Assembly: GCA_951406725.2 (NCBI GenBank)
Contig: OX597831.1
Span: 61,566,001-61,630,000, forward strand
DNA length: 64,000 bases
Direction of reading: 5' to 3'
Source of the DNA: Octopus vulgaris
Taxonomy: Eukaryota
The notes beneath the pieces were generated by a model. It saw nothing but the letters and a program-made list of their open reading frames with translations. It was not told where the DNA came from and ran no database searches. Position 1 is the stretch's first letter. Each line of letters begins with the position of its first letter. A program made the position numbers and the translations under genes. Positions 12,595 through 25,059 of this stretch are shown here, piece by piece.

Positions 12595-12812
12595 GTGTCT
12601 TTGTGTCTGTGTTTGTTCCTCCATCATCACTTGACAACCAATGCTGGTGTGTTTAAGTACCTGTAACTTAGAAGTTCAGCAGAAGAGACCAATAGAATAA
12701 GTACTAAGCTTACAAAGAATAAATCCTGAAGTCGAATACTTCAACTAAATCCCTAAACTAAAGGTGGTGCTCTAGCATGGCTGCAGTCAAACGACTGAAA
12801 TGAATAAAAGAA
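12595..12812 (+). mobile_element. SINE family A, 3' half
   Basis: TTGACAACCAATGCTGGTGTG...TAGAATAAGTACT...GACTGAAA tail. Confidence 0.8.
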
Positions 12813-13276
12813 TATATATATATAGACACACACATAAATACTTTTATATATTTATTGGAAGAATATTTAAGTATGTTTGTGTGTGTATATACATTTACAT
12901 AAATAAATATTCTTTTAATAAATATATTCATGTATGTATGCATGCACATATATGCATATTAATGAATTCATATATAAATAGACGTCGTCAAAAGACAGTT
13001 ACGTCTGTGTGTATAAATATATATTGGTATGTATGTATGCACATATGCACATATATTGCTTAAAGGAGATATTACATAGACTTAAATAAAAGCTTATTTG
13101 AGAACAAAACAAATTTTCAATATTTTATGATTCCAGTTATTTAATGCATCAATCAACTAAAATAGAATTTCAAATCTAAATAGGTCTTCAATTGCTTTGA
13201 GGTCCCTAATTTGAATTTACATATTTGATTATTCACATATATACATGTGTGTGCATGTTGAAATGTTGTTCTGTGC

Positions 13277-13628
13277 ATGTGGAAAGGGCAAAGATCGCTT
13301 TTGGTCATGAATGACCACTGAATTACTCCTAGAAAGTTCCACTCTGAGGTACAAGTCTGGACAAGGTTGTTTATGGAAGACTAGTTGTCACCCTGCATAC
13401 CAGCCTGCCTTCTTCTCCACACTACTGATGTTGTCCAAGAGAAAGACAAAAGCTGATACAGATTGGCACCTGTGATGTTGTAAACTCATTGCTGTAGCTC
13501 AGTAAATCAGAGCAACGTGAAATAGGGTGTCTTGCTGAAAAATACAACACACAGCCCAGTGAGGAATTCGAACTCACTACTTCATGATTGGTAACCCAAT
13601 GCTCTAACTACTGAGCCAAGTGCCTGTA
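13277..13628 (-). mobile_element. tRNA-derived SINE family D
   Basis: Homologous to 34297-34630; minus head TTGGCTCAGTAGTTAGAGC...GAGTTCGAATTCC. Confidence 0.75.
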
Positions 13629-14118
13629 CACATGTATGAATAACGCTATATAAATACACACATATACATATGCACATCACCAACATCATCACTGTTGAAC
13701 ACCCTTGTTTGATGCTGGCATGGTTGGACAGTTTGACAGGATCAAACAGGTGAAAGGATAGCGTCATGAGGGCTCTCAAGGTACAGGGTGAGTAGAAAAG
13801 GGTAGGGGACATATGAACTGCAGGTGTGGGTGGATAGAGTTTGCAAGAGTCCATGGGAGAGTGAGGTGGGATGGGTGAAGGACTGAATATAATGATTGAA
13901 GAACAGGTGTTGAGTGGATAAGTAAGGGAGGTAAGGAATAAGGAATAATAGGTGACAACTGTAGAGATTGGGTTGGATTGAGGGGTGGATGGAGGTAAAG
14001 AATAATGGGTAATGTTTGGAGGCAGCTAATAATGATGGAGGTGAAGAATAGCAGTGTTGTGTAATGAAACTGTACACCCATCCCGGTAAAAAGTGGTTGT
14101 AGTCAGTCATTATAAATT

Positions 14119-15242
14119 GACCTAGGGCTGGTCGGAAGAAAAAGGTCAGAAAGGTCAAAAGGTCGAGAATTTGTGTAGACTGTGTTGATAGTCATGACTG
14201 TGCTGATAGATAGACCTGGGGCTGGTTGGCAGAAAAAGGTCAGGAAGGTCAGAAGGTCAAACATTCGTGTAGACTGTGTTGATAGTCATGACTGTGCTGA
14301 TAGATAGACCTGGGGCTGGTTGGCAGAAAAAGGTCAGGAAGGTCAAAAGGTCGAGAATTCGTGTAGACTGTGTTGATAGTCATGACTGTGCTGATAGATA
14401 GACCTGGGGCTGGTTGGCAGAAAAAGGTCAGGAAGGTCAGAAGGTCGAGAATTCGTGTAGACTGTGTTGATAGTCATGACTGTGCTGATAGATAGACCTG
14501 GGGCTGGTCGGAAGAAAAAGGTCAGAAAGGTCAAAAGGTCGAGAATTCGTGTAGACTGTGTTGATAGTCGTGACTGTGCTGATAGATAGACCTGGGGCTG
14601 GTCGGCAGAAAAAGGTCAGGAAGGTCAAAAGGTCGAGAATACGTGTAGACTGTGTTGATAGTCGTGTCTGTGCTGATAGATAGACCTGGGGCTGATCGGC
14701 AGAAAAAGGTCAGGAAGGTCAAAAGGTCGAGAATACGTGTAGACTGTGTTGATAGTCATGACTGTGCTGATAAATAGGCCTGGGGCTGGTTGGCAGAAAA
14801 AGGTCAGGAAGGTCAAAAGGTCGAAAATACGTGTAGACTGTGTTGATAGTCGTGACTGTGCTGATAAATAGGCCTGGGGCTGGTTGGCAGAAAAAGGTCA
14901 GGAAGGTCAAAAGGTCGAGAATACGTGTAGACTGTGTTGATAGTCGTGACTGTGCTGATAAATAGGCCTGGGGCTGGTCGGCAGAAAAAGGTCAGGAAGG
15001 TCAAAAGGTCGAGAATACGTGTAGACTGTGTTGATAGTCGTGACTGTGCTGATAAATAGGCCTGGGGCTGGTCGGCAGAAAAAGGTCAGGAAGGTCAAAA
15101 GGTCGAGAATTCGTGTAGACTGTGTTGATAGTCGTGACTGTGCTGATAAATAGGCCTGGGGCTGGTCGGCAGAAAAAGGTCAGGATGGTCAGAAGGTCGA
15201 GAATACGTGTAGACTGTGTTGATAGTCGTGTCTGTGCTGATA
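14119..15242. repeat. 94-bp tandem repeat, ~12 copies
   Basis: Unit GACCTGGGGCTGG...AGGTCAGGAAGGTCAAAAGGTCGAGAAT...GCTGATAGATA recurs every 94 bp; the ORF track repeats with the same period. Confidence 0.97.
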
Positions 15243-15595
15243 CAGTATTATACTGTGGTACTAAGTGGACGTTATAACGATCCAACGTTTTGAAGATAAT
15301 AACACTGTACGGCTGGGGGGGGGGGGTCATACAGTGTCAGATAAAAACATTCTATCAATGGTTTCAGAATATAACAATATTTGTTTGAGCAATAACCGTC
15401 GTCAGTTAAACACAGTAGTATTAAACACAGTCTACACGAATTCTCGACCTTCTGACCTTCCTGACCTTTTTCTGCCAACCAGCCCCAGGTCTATCTATCA
15501 GCACAGTCACGACTATCAACACAGTCTACACGAATTCTCGACCTTTTGACCTTTCTGACCTTTTTCTTCCGACCAACCCCAGGTCTATCTATCAG
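14119..15595. mobile_element. Foldback-like element with internally repetitive inverted arms
   Basis: 12 forward units, ~180-bp unique spacer, then ~1.8 inverted units (15424-15595) mirroring the outermost left units. Confidence 0.55.
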
Positions 15596-16163
15596 ATAAG
15601 ACAGTGGCAAAAAAACTGCATTACAAGCAGAATAGTAATGATGATGCAGAAAATAGGGGAAAGGTGAGAGAGAGAGATGGGAATGATTAGTTACGTTGCA
15701 AGGGCTGGGGGAGAGTGAGAGACATATGTTGGTGAGAAGGTGAGAAGGTGAGATGGTGAGATGGCTTGGTGGATCAGAGGAGTGAGGGCAATGCAAAATG
15801 TGGGTGAAGAGGACAGTATTAAAGAAGAGCGTTGCATATAAAGTTAAATGGTTTTTGGTAGTTGAGAGAATAAGTGATATCAAGAAGGAATATCTGCCAG
15901 ACGAGATGGTGAAGAGGTGCCGAGAGAAATTGAACCAAAGGCCCAGTTGTGTGCACACACACACATACATACACACACGCATATATATATATATGTATGT
16001 ATATAGTTGAGGTTATAAGAGATAATGATGTCATTGAGGCCCAAAGGTGTCAGGTAATGCTGAATAAGTGCTATAGACAGACCATACTTAAGTTCCAGAT
16101 TCGGTAATGTTGCGAATAAAGGGTTCAACGTTGATTCTATGTCAGTGTGTGTATATAAAAATT

Positions 16164-16279
16164 TTTTGCGTAATAAGGTAAAAACCAAGGCTGTATAGAT
16201 ATTACAGCATTTATAGATAGAAAGTCTATAAATGCTCTAATATCTACATAGCTTTGGTTTTTTACCTTATTATGCAAAA
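16164..16279. repeat. ~54-bp-stem hairpin palindrome with 7-nt loop
   Basis: 16164-16217 is the near-reverse complement of 16225-16279. Confidence 0.85.
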
Positions 16280-16300
16280 TTTATACATACATACACAACA

Positions 16301-16332
<32 letters not shown>

Positions 16333-16374
16333 GTATACACACACACACACACACACACACACATAGTGCTTCTA

Positions 16375-16930
16375 GAACTTAGTTTTGCTAAGTTGGGTAG
16401 ATTTTCTCAAGAACTGCATATCACCAGTCATCCTGATCTCTTGCCATCTTCTTCATGATGTTCAAGGTTCAGAGATAAACATTTACAAATTTATCCTATG
16501 TCTTCTTGGGGGTTCTTTTTCTACATGTACCACCCACATTAAGTGATTGGCATTTTTTTATACAACTGTCCACACCCATAAACATTACATAACCCTACCA
16601 GTGCACTCACTTTTCATGCATGCTGTATCTGATTCTTCTTATGCCAACAGTTTTCTCTCAGCACATCTCTATGTCATTCACTCATTCCTACATTCTCAAT
16701 TCTCAGCATTCTCAATTCTTCTCTTCCCTGTCTTCTCAAGTCCTCTACATTCAAGCTTCATGTCTCACCATCATGCTGTACTGGAGCACTAATGAAACAA
16801 TCTGGCTTTCATTCTAAAGGAAAACAGTTTTGTTGCCAGCAGACAAAGAAGTTCATTGAACTTTTTCAACATGTTCTTAGTGTGGCTGCTATAACTTCAA
16901 AGCAACCAGCTTCTTGGCTAATTCCTTCTC
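16375..16930 (-). mobile_element. Decayed RTE LINE 3' fragment
   Basis: Reverse complement resembles 2855-3385 (GTCRKRTPKKT.D; YSMMVRHE-like segments). Confidence 0.5.
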
Positions 16931-16957
16931 AGAAACAAAAATTATTTGTAATCATCA

Positions 16958-17114
16958 GGCATAGGAGTGGCTGTGTGGTATGTAGCTTGCTTACGAACCA
17001 CATGGTTCCAGGTTCAGTCCCACTGTGTGGCACCTTGGGCAAGTGTCTTCTACTATAGCCTCGGACCAACCAAAGCCTTGTGAGTGGATTTGGTAGACGG
17101 AAACTGAAAGAAGC

Positions 17115-17159
<45 letters not shown>

Positions 17160-17350
17160 ATTTGTTTGTTCCCACCAACATGACTTGACAACCAATGCTG
17201 GTGTGTTTATGTCCCCGTAACTCAGCAGTTCGGCAAAGAGACCAACAGAATAAGTACTAGGCTTACAAAGAATAAGTCCTGGGGTTGATTTGCTCGACTA
17301 AAGGCGGTACTCCAGCATGGCCACAGTCAAATGACTGAAACAAGTAATGA
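16958..17350 (+). mobile_element. SINE family A, full length
   Basis: GGCATAGGAGTGGCTGTGTGGT tRNA head, GGTTCAGTCCC B box, CORE-like CCTTGGGCAAGT, central (TA)n, conserved tail. Confidence 0.92.
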
Positions 17351-17701
17351 GAGAGAGAGAGTATCTGGGCATTTAAAAGAGTTGACTTTGACTCTCTTCA
17401 TGTGTTCATAATGCATATTGCTCCAGTGTATCTATCACATATGAAACTTGCAATCTCTGTTAGTCTGCCTGAAATTCTACTATACATGAATTCATACTAT
17501 ATATTGGCTGCCGCATATGGCGTTTATACCTACATTTTCTCCATATATGAAGTAAGACCATTTCCAACAAGATACTATGGTCCTGTCTTCTCTCATCCTG
17601 AGGAAAACTTTACTCTTTGCTAAGTATACTTTGAGTCAACTCCTGGTTTAGCTTCCATGCTTCAACTTTCCATTTCAATTCCCTTACAGTTTCAGGTATG
17701 A

Positions 17702-17739
<38 letters not shown>

Positions 17740-17742
<3 letters not shown>

Positions 17743-18112
17743 AGCAAAACGACCCACCCCCATCCAATGGACGGTGCTGAGTTGTCAAACATTTAAACCA
17801 AATTTTCTCAAAACAACTTGTCCGACCGTCCCATAGGCCTTCCTTTTGGGAAACACTGATTTAACCTAAATTTGAGACACCAGCAAAAGACAGATTTTGA
17901 CTGATGTACTTGCACGTACAAATGCACGTTCCCACGGCTTTATAGATCGCATTCTCACCTGGAATCGATTTGTATAATTTTTGCAAGACTTATACATGCT
18001 CTGATACCGTCGGTATCTACATCTCAAATTTGAGCGCAATTGGATGGAGGATGCTTGAGATCCTAGAAGACACACACACTCAGACAGACAGAACGGATTT
18101 TATATAATAGAT
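17740..18112 (+). mobile_element. Non-autonomous element inserted in (TA)n (Helitron/Helentron-like)
   Basis: Starts ACAAGC after (TA)n, ends CAGACAGA...TTTTATATATAATAGAT. Confidence 0.4.
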
Positions 18113-18439
18113 ATATCATCATCAGCAGCAGCATCAACATTTTTCATGCTGTTATGGGTTGGATGGATTGACAGGAACTAGCAGAACCAGGGGCTGCACC
18201 AGATTTCCATAGTCTGTTCTGGCAAGGTTTCAATGGTTGGATGCCCTTCTTAATGCCAACCACTTTACAGGGTGTACTGAGTGCTTTTTAAGTAACACCA
18301 TCACCAGTACTTTTTATGTGGCACCTTGGGTTGAGGATCTCAATTCTGTTGTGGCAGACAGGCATGCATACATACATACATACATATATACATACATACA
18401 TACATTATTATTATGGCTGCTCCCTCACTATCAAGTATG

Positions 18440-18580
18440 GCCATTGCACAAAGCTTAACTGTTACTGGTGCTGTGATCGAATGTGACTTTTTAGCCCAGC
18501 TAAAGATCTACAATGTCTTGTACAAGATTGGCAACTGAAATCTTTACTGGTAATAGCCGGCTGTAGTTGTAACTGGGTTT
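18440..18580 (-). mobile_element. RTE C-terminal C2H2-like remnant
   Basis: FSCQSCTRHCRSLAGLKSHIRSQH, a motif typical of RTE ORF2 C-termini; upstream part of the listed ORF is only microsatellite. Confidence 0.55.
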
Positions 18581-18581
18581 C

Positions 18582-19130
18582 ATGTACATGCATACATACA
18601 TACATGCATACATGCATGCATACATACATACATACATGCATACATGCATACATACATACATACATACATACATGCATACATGCATACATGCATACATAAT
18701 ACATACATGCATACGTGCATGCATGCATACATACATGCATGCATGCATACATACATACATACATACATACATACATACATACATAATACATACATAATAC
18801 ATACATACATACATACATACATACATACATACATACATACATACATGCATGCATGCATACATACATACATACATACATACATACATACATACATACATAC
18901 ATACATACATACATACATACATACATACATACATACATACATAATACATACATAATACATACATAATACATCCATACATGCATACATACATACATACATA
19001 CATGCATACATGCATACATGCATACATGCATACATACATACATACATACATGCATGTATGCATACATACATACATACATACATAATACATACATACATAC
19101 ATACATGCATGCATGCATACATACATACAT
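18582..19130. repeat. (ACAT)n/(GCAT)n microsatellite
   Basis: Direct reading. Confidence 0.95.
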
Positions 19131-19489
19131 AATTTGAAAAAAAGTTGTTTCTAAAATTTATCAACTATTTTTTTTTTTTATTTTACAGAACATCACTAAC
19201 CTTTGCAGAAGAAATTTGTATTTAACATTTTATGTCTAGCAGGCATTTTATATGTAAGCACTGTCGTTTTTCAACTTTTCAAACATATTAGTTCCAGATT
19301 ATTGCATAAAGAGAAAGTAGTTTTTTTGTAATAGTGTTAACTATTTTCAGTTTAGTTACAAATGTAGAATTTTTATAAAGTATGCTTATGTTACCTATAA
19401 CCATTGACTATTTTCCTCTTAAATTTTGTAAAAGGGGAATACATTAAATTATTGACTATTCTAAATGTTGACTATTTCTGGCTTAGCTT

Positions 19490-19990
19490 CAGATTTAGAA
19501 TTCTTGAAGTATTCTTCTTTTGTCTTTCGTTGTTGATCCTTTTCATCTTTTAATCTTTAAAAGGGGAATATTTTGAATTTTCCGTTTTCACAAATGTCTA
19601 GATGTTTAACTACATGGAACATTCCTAAGAGATGAACCTTTGATTCATTGTTGATGCACTTTTATAGAACTGGTTAAATTCATCCCTGTTTCTCCAATGT
19701 AATTCTCATTGCATTGTGGGCATGTGATGTAGTAGATGAGATTTTTTTTATTTGTTTTGTAATACATGATTTCATTCACTCTCAGTTCCTTCCCAATCTT
19801 AAATCTTTTGGTTTTTCCTTGCTCAGTTATTTCACATCTCTCACATTGAAGGTCTTCACAGTTTGTTACTTGCATTATTTCTTTATTCGATGTGAATCTT
19901 GCCAATGCTAGAAGTCTCTTGAAATTTGGTGGTTTTCTTCAGTTAATGATTTGTGATTTTTTAATTATTTGTCGGAGATTTGATTGGTGC
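19490..19990 (-). mobile_element. Penelope-like element, GIY-YIG endonuclease fragment
   Basis: NLIYYITCPQCNENYIGETG...KVHQQ = GIY-YIG motif with CxxC, preceded by CxxxxCxxC linker cysteines. Confidence 0.85.
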
Positions 19991-20269
19991 AGAAACTGTT
20001 TCATAAATAGTTGATATTCATGCAGCAAAGATAAAATATGAGTATTAGCACCTTCACACCATTTGAATATATCAATTTATATATACATATATATATAAAT
20101 ATATATATAAATATATATATATATATACATAAATACATACACAGACAAACATACATAAATTTCACACATACATAGAAATGAATATATATATACCGGAGTA
20201 AACACATAAATGTGAAACAAGGTGGAAAAAAGAGTACTCAAATACCAGTGGTAGGGTAATATGCTTTAT

Positions 20270-20402
20270 TTAAGCAACAGAAAATTCAACAAAACCTGTT
20301 ACTCTGAGTTTCCCATCGGTTCTATTCTAGCAAAAACTGTCCGACGAACAGGAACATGAAACTCAGAGTAACAGATTTTGTTGAATTTTCTGCTGCTTTA
20401 AA
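20270..20402. repeat. Inverted repeat at Penelope terminus containing a hammerhead-like motif
   Basis: CAGAAAATTCAACAAAACCTGTTACTCTGAGTTTC versus GAAACTCAGAGTAACAGATTTTGTTGAATTTTCTG. Confidence 0.75.
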
Positions 20403-20455
20403 TATAGTATATATATATATATATAGACACACACACATACATAGACATATATGCA

Positions 20456-20502
<47 letters not shown>

Positions 20503-20503
<1 letters not shown>

Positions 20504-21180
20504 CTAGCTGAAGTACCTGGTAATAAATTACCATTACTAAGATGTCTGTTTATAACCATGAAACATGTTTTGGCAAATTTCGGCATTTTTAAAAAATTAA
20601 CATCTATATTAATGGGTAGGACCAATTTGATGAAAACATGAGCAGAGTCTGGTAGTAAACCTGTGTCATCGTCATATGTGTGCATCTGCATAAAATGGTG
20701 AAATTTTATGCTTTGGGGGCAGATTTCGTCAAATTGATATCAAGATAGCCAGTATGCAAGATGCCTAAATTTTTCTGAAGAAATTAAATGCTCTTACCTA
20801 ATCAAACCCTGAAATGCTGTGGAATTAAAACAACTAATTGAAATAATAAGTTTTAGCAAATCAAAACAATTCGCATTGAAATGAAGAATTAGCAAATGCT
20901 AAATAGATTACCATTAATAATCTGTCTGTTTATACCCATGAAACATTTTTCATCAAATTTCGACATTTTTTGTGAAATTGATGTCAGGATGGCTAGTGCG
21001 AAAAATGTTGAAATTTTGCAATTTTTGAAAAATCGATGTTGATTAAAAATTGATTTTTAAAAATTCCAAGTCCGTAAGTGACCACTCGGGCATAAGCCCC
21101 ACACATGTATCAAGTTTCATCAAGGTCTGTTGGATAGTCTTAGACAAACACACAGACTTGCCATTTATTATTATTATTAT
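20503..21180 (+). mobile_element. Non-autonomous element between (TA)n tracts (Helitron/Helentron-like)
   Basis: Starts ACTAGC; ~65-bp direct repeats at 20523 and 20903; ends ACAGACTTGCCATTTATTAT. Confidence 0.45.
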
Positions 21181-21184
21181 TGTC

Positions 21185-21699
<515 letters not shown>

Positions 21700-21899
21700 T
21701 ATATGTATAAATATACGTATGTACATATATTTACATATATACACACATGCATGCAACCCAATAAGGACATGCCATCTTAAATACAAGGCACATTTGATAA
21801 TGTTTTCATCAATATACCCACAATACTATATAATGTTTGATGTGTACATACTCATATGTAGATATATGCACAGAGATTTTTTTCCTTCTTTGAACAATA

Positions 21900-22402
21900 A
21901 AACTCTGTTTGTGAAGACCTATTGAGGCAAGTGAAATCAAAATCAAATCCGATGACTGGCGTCTATGCTAGTGGGGTGCAAAGAGCACCATATGAGTGTG
22001 ATCGTTACCAGAGTTGCCTTACTGGTACTCAAGCTCTGTGCTAGTAGAGTGTTAAGAGCACCATCCGAGCATGATTGTTGCCAGAGCGGCTATCTGGCCT
22101 CCGTGCCGGTGGCATGTAAAAGACACCATTCGAGTGTGATCATTACTAGCATCGCCTTACTGGCACCTGTGCCAGTGGTATGTGTAAAAGATTTGAGTGA
22201 GGTTGTTGCCAGTACTGCCTGACTGACCCTGTGCCGGTGGGACATAAAAGCACCCACTACACTCTCAGAGTAGTTGACGTTAGGAAGGGCATCCAGCTGT
22301 AGAAACTCTGCCAGATCAAGATTGAAGCCTGGTGCAGCTATCTGGTTCGCCAGCCCTCAGTCAAATCGTCCAACCCATGCTAGCATGGAAAGCAAACGTT
22401 AA

Positions 22403-22447
<45 letters not shown>
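21900..22447 (+). mobile_element. RTE-tail retroposon with internal ~60-bp repeats and (GAT)n tail
   Basis: Repeated GTGCCGGTGG...CACC...GAGTGTGATC modules; TAGGAAGGGCATCCAGCTGTAGAAAC; long (GAT)n. Confidence 0.7.
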
Positions 22448-22861
22448 CAGATACTCATACAACCATACCTATACACACTCTTTTATTTTATCTTTGTGTC
22501 AGCTGACAGGAAAATACCTCACTGAGTTTACTCTATATACGTCTTACTATTTCACTAATTATCCGTTTATGCCTATTTCTCTCTGTATATTATCATTTTA
22601 TCCAAACTCTGTGTGAATTTGATTGCATTGTAACAGGCAGGAAATATCCAGTGAATTTAATGCATTAACTATATCGATATATGTGTGAGTATTTGTGTGT
22701 GTGTGTGTGTATGCATGCACATATGCATGTATGCATACATATACACACATAAATTTATGTAGATAGGTATGAACATAGGTGTGTATGCATGTGGTTTTAT
22801 GTGCATGTATATATGTGTATTTATGCATGCATACATATGCATATGTGTGTACACAGATGTA

Positions 22862-23754
22862 TACAAGGTCTGATCAATAAGTATCCGGATTGTTGCCATA
22901 GTAACAAGCTAAAGCACACAGAGTGAATTCTCTTGGTAAAGATTGACCTTGAACTCTGCTATGCATATGAAGTAAGTTTGAACATTCTAGCTCGCTTCCA
23001 CTGTTTACAGCAGTGCTTGGAAGGAAGGTGTGTAGCATGTGATCATCACATTGACCATGACAGAGAAAGTTGTCATGGGGATACCTGCTCAGAGGCCTAT
23101 GCAAAGTTGCAGAAAGTGTATGGTGATGAGTGTAGGAGCTACACACAAGTGTACGAGTGGTTCAGATGCTTCCAAAATAGCTGAAAAATGTCAATGCTGA
23201 TGAACGTTCTTGGAGAACCACAACCAGCACAACTGAGAAAAACATCGCAGATGTGCATGCAGCTGTGAGGGAAAATCGTTGAATCACCATCCATGTGTTA
23301 TCAGAGGATGTGTAGATTAGTTATGGTTCAGTTGAGGCCATTATCACTGAAAATTTGGGTATGGGACATGTGTCTGCCAAGTTTGTGCCAAAACTGCTTT
23401 CAGCTGACGAGAAAGACATTGGAGTTTCAGTTGCACAAGTTCCTGATTGTGTCAAGAATGATGAAAACCTTTTTAAAACTTTGTGTAGGCCTTTGAGCAG
23501 GTATCACCAAGCTTTTGGTAAGATTTGATGCAAATTCTCTGCTTGACTTTCTCTGGCATGGTTAATGTGACAATCACACGCTACACACATTCCTTCCAAG
23601 CATTGCTGTAAATAGCAGAAGTGAGCTAGAATGCCAAAACTCAATGCACATGCTGAGCAGAGTTTAAGGTCAATCTACGCCAATTGGCTTTACTCTGCAT
23701 ACTTTAGTTTCATTACTATGGCAACAATCTAGATACTTCATGATCAGACCACAT
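22862..23754. mobile_element. Mariner-derived element made of two inverted 5' ends
   Basis: GGTCTGATCAATAAGTATC...TTGCCATAGTAA versus TTACTATGGCAA...GATACTTCATGATCAGACC; transposase N-terminus (LQKVYGDE...QVYEWF) in left arm and inverted N-terminus in right arm. Confidence 0.8.
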
Positions 23755-24358
23755 ACATGTGTTTAAGTGTGAATGTATGTGTACATGTGTGTGTGTGTGT
23801 ATATTGATATATATACTAAAGTAATGTAGACAAAAACATGATTGGGTTTGTTTGGCAGTAATAGTAGTTCTTATATATATATATATATATATATTCAAAA
23901 TAAGCAACAAGGATATAAAAGGTAGTGTAGTACAATCGTTTCATACAACTTCATTTTATTAAACACTGTATTACATCAGTCAAGCAATCTTTAGCCACAT
24001 AAAGATTTTTTTTTTTAATTAAATGGACAATGTACATTTTCATACTTATTTCATTTGCCAACATTACAAAGAAGGTAGATATATAGACAGAGAGGTTAAT
24101 TTCATCATTTAGAACATGATGGTAGTATGTCCTTCTCCATCTGTAGATTTTTTATCACTGAGTTCACTTGGCTATTTAGATCTATCAGTGGGGAGGGGTT
24201 TTCTTATCTTGGTTCAATGGAGACAAACAAGAATTTTCTATTTATAGATAGAGGAAGGGGTTGTACAAATGTCAAAACCATAAATCCATCCTCATTATGA
24301 GGAATTTAACTTAAGCATATTTGAATGTATTTTGTATATATACAAACATGTATGTATG

Positions 24359-24650
24359 TACAGGGTGTTCAGAAAGTCACTCTACAGTGAATTCTTTTCA
24401 TCCTGTGCAAACGCAACTTGGCAATTACTGCGAGGGCGGATGGGTATCAGTCATTGTGTGCCCTTCAGTGTATCAACATGCTAACCATTGAAGACCATAT
24501 GTTTTTAGTTGAATGGGTGTTTCGAGCCGGAAACAAATACACAGATATTGTGAAACAGAAATTCAGTGAAACTTATCCAAATACTATTGTTCCACATCGT
24601 CACACTGTGTGGGATTTGATAAGAAAACTTAGAAACACAGGTTTATCTGA
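24359..24650 (+). mobile_element. Tc1/mariner-superfamily 5' fragment (DUF4817-type HTH)
   Basis: TACAGGGTG terminus; MLTIEDHMFLVEWVF...QKFSETYPN..PHRHTVWDLIRKLRNTG. Confidence 0.7.
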
Positions 24651-25059
24651 CTACTGTACTGTTCTTTCAGATGTAACACTCTTGGCTACTGTGCTGTGAT
24701 CAACTGAGCCTTCACCTGTAACACAAGGAATGAACTGGATTGCCTCCATGGCACTGTGGGTACATGATAAACATGCCATATATGCAAAAGCTGCAAAACT
24801 TTTGACGAACCTTTGTAATCAAATGCATCACAAAATGTAAATTTACGAAAGTATTTATCCTGGGATATCACCTGTGGACGTGCTATGCTTGAAAATGCAA
24901 CATATATATCAGAGGCAGACCAAAATCATCCTAACTGGTGCTTGTGATAATGCTAGCTGTTTCTCTGCCTAGTTGCGCATCGTCAGTAGTAGTAGGTACT
25001 CACAGCCAATTGCATGATAGGAAATTTGTGCCTATCAATTTAAGAAAATAGTGAATATA

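Noticed and set aside
14119-15242. CRISPR-like array or repeated 63-aa gene family
   Set aside because: Units are contiguous with no unique spacers and no cas genes; the 94-bp period is not a multiple of 3, so the repeated ORFs are frame-shifting artefacts
18462-18560. Host C2H2 zinc-finger gene exon
   Set aside because: Single finger, no TGEKP linker or tandem fingers; matches the RTE ORF2 C-terminal motif
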